In this document: piece by piece, positions 7,609-15,324 of the stretch | Position numbering within the stretch: position 1 is the first letter of the stretch | How the letters are laid out: each line of letters begins with the position of its first letter | Made by a program: the position numbers and the translations under genes | The notes under the pieces: generated by a model | The model's database searches: none | Seen by the model: the letters and a program-made list of their open reading frames with translations, nothing else | Told to the model about the DNA's origin: nothing | Origin: a virus | Lineage: Duplodnaviria > Heunggongvirae > Uroviricota > Caudoviricetes | Length of the DNA: 15,682 bases | Reading direction: 5' to 3' (one strand) | IMG/VR virus record: IMGVR_UViG_2526164665_000024

Positions 7609-7902
7609 TTATTGCAGTGTGCCTGATGCTTTATGCACGCGGTGGCGTTTAATGATGGCATCCGCCCCAAAAGCCTGTACAGATGCCTGAAATTCCGCTG
7701 AGAGAAACTGAATAATTTCAGGACTGTGATACTGGAGAATACTTACATAAACGTCACAGAGTGACGTCGGCCTGTTATTCGTATCACGTTCTGTTTTTAC
7801 ATCCACACCAATCTTTTCATGCACTTCAACACAGTCATTGCCTGCCGGTTTTTCGTCATGCGAAACATGCTTAAATTCAAAAATAACGCGTACTTTGCTC
7901 AT
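7609..7902 (-). CDS. hypothetical small protein, tandem paralog 2 (MSKVRVIFEFKH...)
   Basis: ATG 7902-7900 with AGGGGT RBS; N-terminus and internal pattern parallel the adjacent gene 7907..8179. Confidence 0.5.
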   Translation of the reverse strand: MSKVRVIFEFKHVSHDEKPAGNDCVEVHEKIGVDVKTERDTNNRPTSLCDVYVSILQYHSPEIIQFLSAEFQASVQAFGADAIIKRHRVHKASGTLQ

Positions 7903-7906
7903 GGAA

Positions 7907-8179
7907 TTACCCCTGCTGATTAAATTCATTACCTTTAATAACCCCGGAACGCATGCTCATATCTTTCATGAGCGCACTGGCTTTCATTGCCACAAGTTCA
8001 GCAAAGTCTCTGCTTTCCGCGAGCATAACCACCCCAAAAATCATGGCAGGTCCATCACCTTTCTGCTTTATCCCGGTTGAACGTATGTCCAGACTTATCC
8101 CCATGCGCACTGTTCCATCCGCGTTTTTATGGATAACGTGCTCCTTGTATTCGAAAATAATGCGTACGACTTTACTCAT
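7907..8179 (-). CDS. hypothetical small protein, tandem paralog 1 (MSKVVRIIFEYKEH...)
   Basis: ATG 8179-8177 overlaps upstream stop (ATGA); GAGGA RBS; paralogous to 7609..7902. Confidence 0.5.
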   Translation of the reverse strand: MSKVVRIIFEYKEHVIHKNADGTVRMGISLDIRSTGIKQKGDGPAMIFGVVMLAESRDFAELVAMKASALMKDMSMRSGVIKGNEFNQQG

Positions 8180-8457
8180 CCTCTGGTCCTCGTTCTGTTT
8201 GGATAACTGACCCGGCGTCTGACCTCACGGCAGAACCGAATCATGGCATTAAAGGCTTCTTCCTCCGTCACCGCTTCCGGTATCCCCGGAACCAGTAACT
8301 GCTCCTGTTCATCACGTCCATGACGCGCCATAACCTCAATCACATGCCGTACCGTGGCAGGCTTTCCGGCAACTATCGGCAATGCACCTTCCGGCAGGAC
8401 GTAACCAAACTCAATAAGACCACTCGACCACGCCCATGCAATGAGAATTTTTTTCAC
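8176..8457 (-). CDS. hypothetical early-region protein (93 aa)
   Basis: GTG start 8457-8455 preceded by GGGAGGTG RBS; no recognised motif. Confidence 0.5.
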   Translation of the reverse strand: MKKILIAWAWSSGLIEFGYVLPEGALPIVAGKPATVRHVIEVMARHGRDEQEQLLVPGIPEAVTEEEAFNAMIRFCREVRRRVSYPNRTRTRG

Positions 8458-8458
8458 C

Positions 8459-8713
8459 TCACACCTCCCAGTAAACCGTGCAGCCGCTGATGCGGGTGGC
8501 CTTCACACGGCGGCGCAGGCCGTTGGTCTGTATGGTGATTTCAATTTCACCGGTTCCCTGCACGTTGCCTACCGGCGGCGTGGTTTTCAGTGCAAAACGT
8601 TGCGGATAGCGCTTACTGCGTTCCAGTACCGCACCGGCAAGTTCGGTCAGACGGCGCGCGCTGTTCAGGGAGTCGAATAAATTCATTTTGTTACCGCAGG
8701 ATTGCATATTCAT
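8459..8713 (-). CDS. hypothetical early-region protein (~84 aa)
   Basis: ATG 8713 (MNMQSCGNK...) with GAGGTG RBS; the ORF-track start at 8725 lacks an RBS. Confidence 0.45.
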   Translation of the reverse strand: MNMQSCGNKMNLFDSLNSARRLTELAGAVLERSKRYPQRFALKTTPPVGNVQGTGEIEITIQTNGLRRRVKATRISGCTVYWEV

Positions 8714-8725
8714 ATAACACCTCAT

Positions 8726-8947
8726 TTAGCTGACTTGTTTCGCACCAACAGAACGGCATATTCCGCTGTAAACTTCTGTCGCACCTTCGCGATCAAGTCC
8801 GGCAGATATCACCATTCGTGTGCGGTCATTAAATTCAAAAAGTAAATCGCCACATTCTTTATTTTCGGCCAGTGAAATCACCTTCACGTTATCGAAATTA
8901 ACCAGGTAAAAGCGTCCGTAAATATCAGGAATATAAAATACCGCCAT
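8726..8947 (-). CDS. small protein in the Kil position immediately after B (putative host cell-division inhibitor, by position only)
   Basis: ~74 aa, starts within a few nt of the B stop (GTG 8953 overlapping, or ATG 8947 with AGGTG RBS); Mu kil has the same size and position. Sequence identity not verifiable from memory. Confidence 0.35.
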   Translation of the reverse strand: MAVFYIPDIYGRFYLVNFDNVKVISLAENKECGDLLFEFNDRTRMVISAGLDREGATEVYSGICRSVGAKQVS

Positions 8948-8949
8948 AA

Positions 8950-9882
8950 TCACACCTGTGAGAGTAATTCAGGGTTGGTATAAACCTCTTTAAAGGCCGC
9001 ATTAATATGTTTTTCTGTCAGCGCCGCACCTTCACCGCTGGCGGTGAGCCACGCCTGGTTAAGCGTATGTGTCAGAACGCGTAACGCTCCCGGCTTTTCA
9101 GCGATAGCCTGCATGACGGCCAGCTCGGCCTCACCACTGATCCCCCACGCCCTGGCAATGGCCAGCACATCCGCCTTTTTGGCCTTGCGAAGTTGTTTTG
9201 TACGGGCAAGACGGCTGAACAGGCGCGATAAATCATCAAAGGCGCGGCGTCCACCTTTAAACAATCCGCGCGGGTTACCAATAAGCACCATCCCGATCCC
9301 CGTGGCGTCCTGAATTGCCCGGAGTTGCTCCAGACCGTCAATACCAAGATGATCCGCCTCATCCACAATCACCAGTCCACGCGTTCCCATCAGGCGACGG
9401 CGGATGGCGCGGGATAATGCCCCTTTGTTCGCGCGGGTGTAATCAATCCCCAGCGCATCGGCCAGCTCCAGCAGACACTCCGTGACGCTGGAGTGCGCGG
9501 GTGACAGGGTGATCATCCAGGTGTTTGGTTGCTCCTGGCAGTAATTACGGGCAGTGGCCGTTTTACCCACACCCGGTACGCCCACAATAACGTTAATACA
9601 GCCCATCAGACGAACCGCCTGAAACAGTGTGCGCAGCTCCTGGACTGTCTGCGTTTCCACAAACTGCGGCGGTTCCGGCAGTGCGCTTTGTTTATTCCAG
9701 TTCTCATACCAGGAACGCAGGGAAGCAGCCACAGCAGCGTTATCGCCTTTATATTTTCCCTTACGGAAAGCCGATAATGTGCCGTCGGAAATTCCCGCCT
9801 CTCTGGCGATGGCATACTGTGTCAGTACGCCGCCATCAATAAGTTCATCAATGGTCTTGATTACATCGTTAATATCAGTCAT
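8950..9882 (-). CDS. B: MuB-like AAA+ ATPase, transposition target-DNA activator
   Basis: 310 aa (Mu B is ~312); Walker A GVPGVGKT; N-terminal HTH-like region; directly downstream of transposase A; GAGAGG RBS before ATG 9882. Confidence 0.9.
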   Translation of the reverse strand: MTDINDVIKTIDELIDGGVLTQYAIAREAGISDGTLSAFRKGKYKGDNAAVAASLRSWYENWNKQSALPEPPQFVETQTVQELRTLFQAVRLMGCINVIVGVPGVGKTATARNYCQEQPNTWMITLSPAHSSVTECLLELADALGIDYTRANKGALSRAIRRRLMGTRGLVIVDEADHLGIDGLEQLRAIQDATGIGMVLIGNPRGLFKGGRRAFDDLSRLFSRLARTKQLRKAKKADVLAIARAWGISGEAELAVMQAIAEKPGALRVLTHTLNQAWLTASGEGAALTEKHINAAFKEVYTNPELLSQV

Positions 9883-9916
9883 ATTATTAACCTCTCATTT
9901 GATACCTTGTTTAATC

Positions 9917-9954
9917 AAATAACCTGAGTCGCCGCTCGGGTTATTTTTTTATTT
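9917..9954 (+). terminator. stem-loop (AAATAACCTGAG / CTCGGGTTATTT, one mismatch) followed by a T-rich run on the plus strand; terminator-like structure in the A-B spacer
   Basis: Read directly: arms 9917-9928 and 9935-9946, then TTTTTTTATTT. On the minus (sense) strand it is preceded by an A-run rather than followed by a U-run, so if it terminates anything it would be antisense transcription. Confidence 0.3.
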
Positions 9955-10082
9955 CAGGCCAGCGGGTCATTTTCTTTTAATTTCGCTTCCAGCAACTGCA
10001 ATCCCCGCTGGAAATTACGCTCGTATTCTTCATCAGGTTCATCGTCAGCGACCGGTTGCTGAACGGTCACCGTATTACCCAC
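9954..10082 (-). CDS. small ORF in the A-B spacer (42 codons from GTG), or out-of-frame C-terminal extension of transposase A
   Basis: Frame of ORF 9954..10160 gives a protein-like acidic tail NTVTVQQPVADDEPDEEYERNFQRGLQLLEAKLKENDPLA; its upstream part overlapping A looks like out-of-frame junk. Frame relation to A is not a single-base deletion. Confidence 0.25.
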   Translation of the reverse strand: MGNTVTVQQPVADDEPDEEYERNFQRGLQLLEAKLKENDPLA

Positions 10083-12045
10083 TAGGGCGGTATATGTTTT
10101 CCAGCCAGGGCTCCTGCGGCTTGTGCTCCAGCACGTTGACAACCTCATCCTCGGCATCACGGATTTTTTCCTCTGCGCGTTTACGCATGCCTTTAAGGCG
10201 TTGCTGCTGTTTGTAGTATTCCGCGCTAACCGGGAAGGCTTCGCGTTTATTACCGTCCCATACCGCCTCGCAAATCACGCTGCCATCCAGGCGACGTACG
10301 GTAATTCGTTCGGCATCATGAATGTCATAGCTGATAAGCACCTTACGGCCATGCTCGTCACGCAGCTCGGGCGCGTAGTAAATATTATTCAGCCAGCGTA
10401 TTTCACAGCGTCTTACAGGGCGTTCCACCATCGGCCGGAACATATCCCGCAGCTCAACATCGGACAGCCATTCAATTTCCGTGTCCTCTTCCGCCAGGCG
10501 TTTTTTTCTGAACTCCGCCGGGCTGTAATGCTTGCCGTTCGGCTTCACCGGTAATTCATCGTGCGGCCGGTTGTTGTACCACTCAACACCATCACGAATG
10601 GCATCAATCAGTTCAGCCCAGGACGGTAAATCACGCATCGCTGACTGTTGCCGGGCGTTCAGCCGTTTGCCCTGTTGCAGGGCGGTAAATGCCGAGCGTA
10701 AATCGCGGTTGGTTTTGCGTAACGTCTCGCGATCTGCACCTTTCCCGAAATAGGTGCGGTATTTACGGGCTATGCGCATCGGTAATGTGCGGTTAAGCCG
10801 TTCGATAATGCCCCGTCCCTGCGGGTTACCGGCAATCCCGGTCGGGTGATTAATCCCCAGTCGCGGCAGTATCCCCACAACCTCCTTATCCAGGATGTCG
10901 GCGGTTTCCCCGGAGCCGTTATCCGAGTAATACAGAAACGGTTTGCCGTGATGGCGAATGCCGTGCTGTATGGCACCGGCTACGGCGAAAACATTTTCAG
11001 CCAGGTCAAGGCTCCAGCCCACCACAAAGCGCGTGCCACCGTCGATAACAAAGGTCACTTCCGGTGCAAATGGCCGACCGTGAACCGGGTGTGCGCATTT
11101 CAGCTTCATGCCGTGACCGTCACCAATCCAGACATAATTCACCGGCATTTTTGACCAGTCGCGGCGCGTGAATCCCTCAAGCTGGCGGTATTCACTGCCG
11201 GTCACCCGGCCTTTTTGTTTCACCACTTCCGGCAGTTTCTTCATTGCGCGGCGAATGGTGTCATAAGACGGCATGATATCGAGCATATAAGGCTCATCAG
11301 CGTGCCGGTGCTGCCATTCAGCGACAAAATCCTCGTAAGCCTCGGTCATTGGTCGGCCGTTTGACTGGCGATACTGCGCCAGAAATTCGGGCAGCCAGTT
11401 AATATCTTCGGCTTTTATTTCCTGGCGCTTACCCGGTGCCAGTAAAAGCAGGCGTTCAGCGGCGTTCTGCGCCTTGTTAAAGGCCGCAATCCAGCGTTTC
11501 AGCGTGATTTCACTTAACGCGCGGCTGTTTCCCTTTTTGGCGTTCGCCGTCTCAACCATTGCCACAATGCGCTCGTCCAGCTGCGAACGTGCCAGGTTGT
11601 CAACGATAAACCGGATAGCCTTCGCACAGCTGAAACCAGGTTGTTGCGCGACTTTCAGAACTTCGCTGACGATCGCGATTCGTGCATCAGCCACCTGGCG
11701 CTGGTTTTCAGTCAGGGCATTAAGGCGTTCGACCATCAGTTGTGGTGATCCGCGATATGCCTCCACCGCATCAACCACGGCAGGCGAGCGTCTGGCCTTT
11801 GTCACCACCGGAGCCGGTGATTCATCGACTTTTTGCGTCATCAGTTGCAGGGCGTAGCGTTCACGTAATGCCTGCTGCGTCACTTCAGGTAAACAGTCGA
11901 TGCTGTATTCAGTTGCTTTAGAGCCTGAGCGACGACGGGAACAACAGCTTTTCCCTTGTACGTAACGTTGTAATGCCTGGCGAATACCTTTTGTTGTAGC
12001 AGGCATTCCGGGCGCGCCAATCAGTTCTTTTGCAATGACATACAT
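10075..12045 (-). CDS. A: MuA-like DDE transposase
   Basis: 656 aa (Mu A is 663); N-terminal enhancer/end-binding domain resembling Mu A (GSKATEYSIDCLPE vs Mu GGKAIEYN..SLP); DDE-region motifs WIGDGHGM and YYSDNGSGE; gene order ner-A-B. Confidence 0.92.
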   Translation of the reverse strand: MYVIAKELIGAPGMPATTKGIRQALQRYVQGKSCCSRRRSGSKATEYSIDCLPEVTQQALRERYALQLMTQKVDESPAPVVTKARRSPAVVDAVEAYRGSPQLMVERLNALTENQRQVADARIAIVSEVLKVAQQPGFSCAKAIRFIVDNLARSQLDERIVAMVETANAKKGNSRALSEITLKRWIAAFNKAQNAAERLLLLAPGKRQEIKAEDINWLPEFLAQYRQSNGRPMTEAYEDFVAEWQHRHADEPYMLDIMPSYDTIRRAMKKLPEVVKQKGRVTGSEYRQLEGFTRRDWSKMPVNYVWIGDGHGMKLKCAHPVHGRPFAPEVTFVIDGGTRFVVGWSLDLAENVFAVAGAIQHGIRHHGKPFLYYSDNGSGETADILDKEVVGILPRLGINHPTGIAGNPQGRGIIERLNRTLPMRIARKYRTYFGKGADRETLRKTNRDLRSAFTALQQGKRLNARQQSAMRDLPSWAELIDAIRDGVEWYNNRPHDELPVKPNGKHYSPAEFRKKRLAEEDTEIEWLSDVELRDMFRPMVERPVRRCEIRWLNNIYYAPELRDEHGRKVLISYDIHDAERITVRRLDGSVICEAVWDGNKREAFPVSAEYYKQQQRLKGMRKRAEEKIRDAEDEVVNVLEHKPQEPWLENIYRPSG

Positions 12046-12046
12046 A

Positions 12047-12295
12047 TCATGACGCCTTTCTCATATAGCTCTTAACCTGGTATCGACTGGGCCAGATTTC
12101 TTCAGGCGATACCCCAAGAGCATCAGCAATTATTTGCTGATACGGTCGGCAAGGAGTACGTAATACGCTTTTCAGCGAATCCCTGCTGTAACCAGCCTTT
12201 AAAGATAAAGAGCGCAGTGATAAGCCAGCCATGTGTAAGCGCGCCTTGATGATTTCAGGCGGCCAATCGTGATCTGAAACTTCTCTTCTACTCAT
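12047..12295 (-). CDS. ner: Ner-like DNA-binding early regulator
   Basis: 82 aa; DWPPEIIKARLHMAGLSLRSLSLKAGY...QQIIADALGVSPEEIWPSRYQ aligns closely with Mu Ner as recalled (DWHRADVIAGLKKRKLSLSALSRQFGY...EQIIANALETKPEVIWPSRYQ); GAGGAAG RBS; directly upstream of A. Confidence 0.85.
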   Translation of the reverse strand: MSRREVSDHDWPPEIIKARLHMAGLSLRSLSLKAGYSRDSLKSVLRTPCRPYQQIIADALGVSPEEIWPSRYQVKSYMRKAS

Positions 12296-12485
12296 ACTTC
12301 CTCTATTCTAAAAAGTTACCCGCGCGGATATTCGTGCGGATATCTGCACGGGTAAATAATGCATCACTAAAAATACCAAATCAAGGTATTTTTGGTATTT
12401 TGGCTAATTTTTGCTTTTGTCCTTATTTTTCAATTGGATAAATAGAAAGAAACCTTTCCTTAGAAAAGCACCAAGAGGTATCTTT
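12296..12485. promoter_or_regulatory. divergent promoter/operator region between ner and the repressor gene
   Basis: 190-bp AT-rich intergenic region between divergent genes; 7-bp inverted repeat TTACCCG/CGGGTAA (12316-12322, 12349-12355) enclosing direct repeats GCGGATAT (12324-12331, 12336-12343); 11-bp perfect palindrome arms AAAATACCAAA/TTTGGTATTTT (12370-12380, 12391-12401) with tandem GGTATTTT repeats; AAGAGG RBS at 12472-12477. Confidence 0.55.
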
Positions 12486-13016
12486 ATGTCGCAGGGAAAA
12501 GAACCTGTTATTGAACGTATTGGAATGCTTACAAAGCGCTACCCTTCAAGAAGTGCAGCTGCCAGAGCGTGGGGAATCAATATCAACACATTAAACAGCT
12601 ATTTCAAGGGAGGACAAACACAACCAGCCCCCAGAGAAAGTATCCTTATACGAATTTCTGAAAGTGAAGGAGTTAGTCTTGAGTGGCTTAAAGAGGGCAA
12701 GGGTGAATCACCAAACGATGTTGGTATTTGTGGTAATTTTGGTTGTTCTGGTGATAAGGGAGATCAACTTACACAGATGCTTTCATTCCTTACGAAAGAC
12801 GAACGAGAACAGTTAACCAATCTCCTTGCTCGCAAAGGTGTAGAGACGGTTCTGACACTGCTGGATAAAGAAAACCAGGATTTATTACAACTAGAAGGCA
12901 GGAAGCGCCTGGCTGCGTTGATGATTGTAGATATGCCAGACGATTGCGTCAGAGAGATTTTGGAAAAAACCGAGACAAGTAGGCAATCAAATCCGGTAGA
13001 ATCTAAAGCGGGTTAG
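12486..13016 (+). CDS. prophage repressor, HTH DNA-binding (Mu c-like by position)
   Basis: ATG 12486 with AAGAGG RBS (the ORF-track start at 12411 has none); HTH-like SRSAAARAWGININTLNSYFKG; transcribed divergently from ner-A-B, the position of Mu c. Confidence 0.65.
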   Translation: MSQGKEPVIERIGMLTKRYPSRSAAARAWGININTLNSYFKGGQTQPAPRESILIRISESEGVSLEWLKEGKGESPNDVGICGNFGCSGDKGDQLTQMLSFLTKDEREQLTNLLARKGVETVLTLLDKENQDLLQLEGRKRLAALMIVDMPDDCVREILEKTETSRQSNPVESKAG

Positions 13017-13178
13017 TTTGGCGAGGCTGGCCCGTATGTTAGTTGCCATATAGATTTAATGAAGTTTTAAACGCTTTAAAAAGTTGAGATCGCAGTATCA
13101 AAAGTTTTGCCGATTTTAGAATAAACGATTAATTATTGCACAATCGGTATCAAATAGACTTTAAGCGCTCATCCAGAC

Positions 13179-13260
13179 ATCACCTGTTTTATTTCAGTAT
13201 CTTACAGGTGATTTCACCTCCTTTCACTAAAACCCTCGTTGGTATCAAATGATTCACCTG
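13179..13260. repeat. cluster of TCACCTG / CAGGTGA motif copies incl. two palindromic arrangements; candidate protein-binding sites (possible transposase end-binding sites)
   Basis: ATCACCTG 13179-13186 and its inverse CAGGTGAT 13205-13212; AGGTGA-tt-TCACCT 13206-13219; GATTCACCTG 13251-13260; direct copies ~34-40 bp apart, 165-245 bp beyond the repressor stop. Confidence 0.4.
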
Positions 13261-14446
13261 GTTACATACTGCCGGAACAACCAGCAAACGGGCATTGTGT
13301 TCTGAAATCCAGGCTATTGATTCAACGTCAGCGACAGATCTGCGCTGTAAAAGAACTTGTAAAACAACGTAATAGAATTATCCGGAATGGTGGCGACTAT
13401 GCACTAGAACACCACAATTTCGCTCTCTCGGTAAGGCACTGTCACAGCATTCAACAGAATGTGACTTGCCAGATTTATTAGCGCCACCAGATGTTTAACC
13501 GGGTAACCACGACCCAGTCGGGGATATATTCCATCTTCTCGCTGACATCATCAAGAATAAAAAGGTTTATCACACTCAGAGCAACGTTCTTCAGCAGGCG
13601 GGATAATTCTTCAACATTTAGAAGATGTGTTATTAAAGGCATACAAACTGGACGTATTGTATTTTCTTTTGGTGGTTGACCTAAGGTAGCAGTTTATCCT
13701 GATGCGCTGAGATTTCTGTAATATCTACGTCAACATTCTCCTCGAATAGAAAATGCAGCCCCGGCAAGTGATTCACATTTTTTAACAAAACGTTGTTAGC
13801 GTGCCATTTTCAGAAGCTCTCCAAGAAAGCGAATTCTTTTCTCAAATTCTGCATTCTCAGACACAGCTTTCTACTCCATGGTAATGGCCCAAATACGAAG
13901 TTGCTCAGGATCATTAGTGGTGCTGAGAAGTTAAATAACCATGCGGAGTACCACTCGTCATCACGTATTTATATATCATGAAGCTATTGTTGTGTTTTGT
14001 ACATCAGTAGATATATTCTGATATACTCCTTTTGCTAGACATAACCTTTCACCTGCTTGCAAAGCTTCTGTGTTCTGACATTGCCAAATTGTTGCAATTC
14101 TGTATCCAGCCTTCTTTCAGTCATAGCTTCGGGCCGCGATAAGACTCACTGATCTGACCCTGATTCCTCTTGCAGACTTTATAGACCAATTAAAATGCAG
14201 TTTCTGCAGGTCAACGTCTGACCATCATTGTCATCACTCTGGCCATTAGAGTAACCTTCTGCATTCATCCTTTTGTAAAAAGTTTATGTCAGTATCAGCA
14301 ATTAACCGGACCTGATACTGATATGAGTCTTACCGCATATACGGTCAATTTCAGCAATTAATTACATTATCCACGCCAAAGTGTTTGTCATCGCAATGAT
14401 GGTACCTTCTTTCAGACACCATTTTTTCAACTCCGTTTTCCACGGA

Positions 14447-14471
14447 CCGCACTCTTATGTCAAGAGTGCGG
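14447..14471. repeat. perfect 10-bp-stem hairpin (CCGCACTCTT-atgtc-AAGAGTGCGG) directly abutting the IS3 terminus
   Basis: Read directly; last base of the stem is 14471 and the IS3 terminal TGATCC starts at 14472. No adjacent T/U tract on either strand. Confidence 0.6.
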
Positions 14472-14501
14472 TGATCCTACCCACGTAATATGGACACAGG
14501 C

Positions 14502-15324
14502 CTAAGCGAGGTTCTGGTTTTCAAATTGTTCCGGACTGAGGCCGCCACACCAACTGTGCCGCCGCCACCGATTGTAATCACATTCGATATAATTAAACAC
14601 CGTTGCCCGCATTATTTCCCGGCTGATAAAGTGTTCTCCATGGATACATTCCACTTTCAGCGAATGAAAGAAGCTTTCCACGCAGATTATGCCGCTTCAG
14701 TTGCGCCTGATAATCTGCTGAACAGTACTGGCCTCCACGGTCCGTGTGAACGATAACGTTCCGGGGCCTCTTACGCCGCCATAGCGCCATCTGCAGGGCA
14801 TCGCAGGCCAGTTGCGCCGTCATGCGTGGCGACATTGACCAGCCAATAACGGCACGTGACTACAGGTCAATGACCACTGCCAGATACAGCCAGCCTTCAT
14901 CTGTACGTAAGTACGTGATGTCTCCTGCCCACTTCTGGTTCGGGCCACTGGCGTAAAAATCCTGCTCCAACAGATTTTCTGACACAGGCAGGCCGTGTGC
15001 GCGGTAGCTGACCGGGCTGAACTTCCGGGAGGCCTTTGCCCTCAGTCCCTGACGGCGCAGGCTTGCCGCCACGGTTTTTACGTTAAAGGGGTAACCCTGA
15101 GCACGCAGTTCATCCGTCAGGCGTGGGGCACCGTAACGCTGTTTTGACCGGGTAAAAGCCGCGAGGACAACGCTGTCGCAGTGTTGGCGGAACTGCTGAC
15201 GCGTGCTTATCCTTGTCCGCCGCTGACACCACGTATACCAGCCGCTGCGGGCCACCCGGAGCACGCGGCACATTGCTTTGATGCTGAACTCAGCCTGATG
15301 TTTTTCAATAAAGACATACTTCAT
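14502..15324 (-). pseudogene. insF: IS3 orfB transposase (DDE), inactivated by an in-frame TAG and a 44-bp deletion
   Basis: Matches IS3 Orf[22 protein letters not shown]... up to ...LAVVIDL, then TAG (14860-14862) where I recall Trp (TGG); later ...KRHNLRG runs directly into [16 protein letters not shown]... in another frame, i.e. ~15 codons (SMSAKGCCYDNAC) missing between two CTGCGTGG repeats (junction ~14678-14685). Confidence 0.85.

Noticed and set aside
9954-10160. ORF 9954..10160 as a 68-aa protein starting inside transposase A
   Set aside because: Its first ~26 residues overlap A in another frame and look like junk; only the part downstream of the A stop looks protein-like, kept as a low-confidence 42-codon feature.
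13314-13324. Calling the exact prophage left terminus at the Mu L1-like decamer
   Set aside because: Match is only 10-11 nt in AT-rich sequence, in the orientation opposite to that expected for a Mu-type left end, and rests on my unverified recollection of the Mu end sequence; reported as a finding, not a feature boundary.
13390-13488. Possible tRNA suggested by the inverted repeat GGTGGCG ... CGCCACC
   Set aside because: Arms are ~99 nt apart, with no recognisable D-loop or T-loop (GTTCRANYC) consensus between them.
13239-13981. Small plus-strand ORFs 13239..13481, 13491..13679, 13793..13981 in the AT-rich spacer
   Set aside because: No RBS, low-complexity translations, and sizes expected by chance; a 54-codon minus-strand frame (MPLITHLLNVEELSRLLKNV...) in 13476-13640 was also examined and is too short and unsupported to call.
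14447-14471. IS3-adjacent hairpin as an intrinsic terminator
   Set aside because: No T/U tract follows the stem on either strand; retained as a repeat of unknown role.
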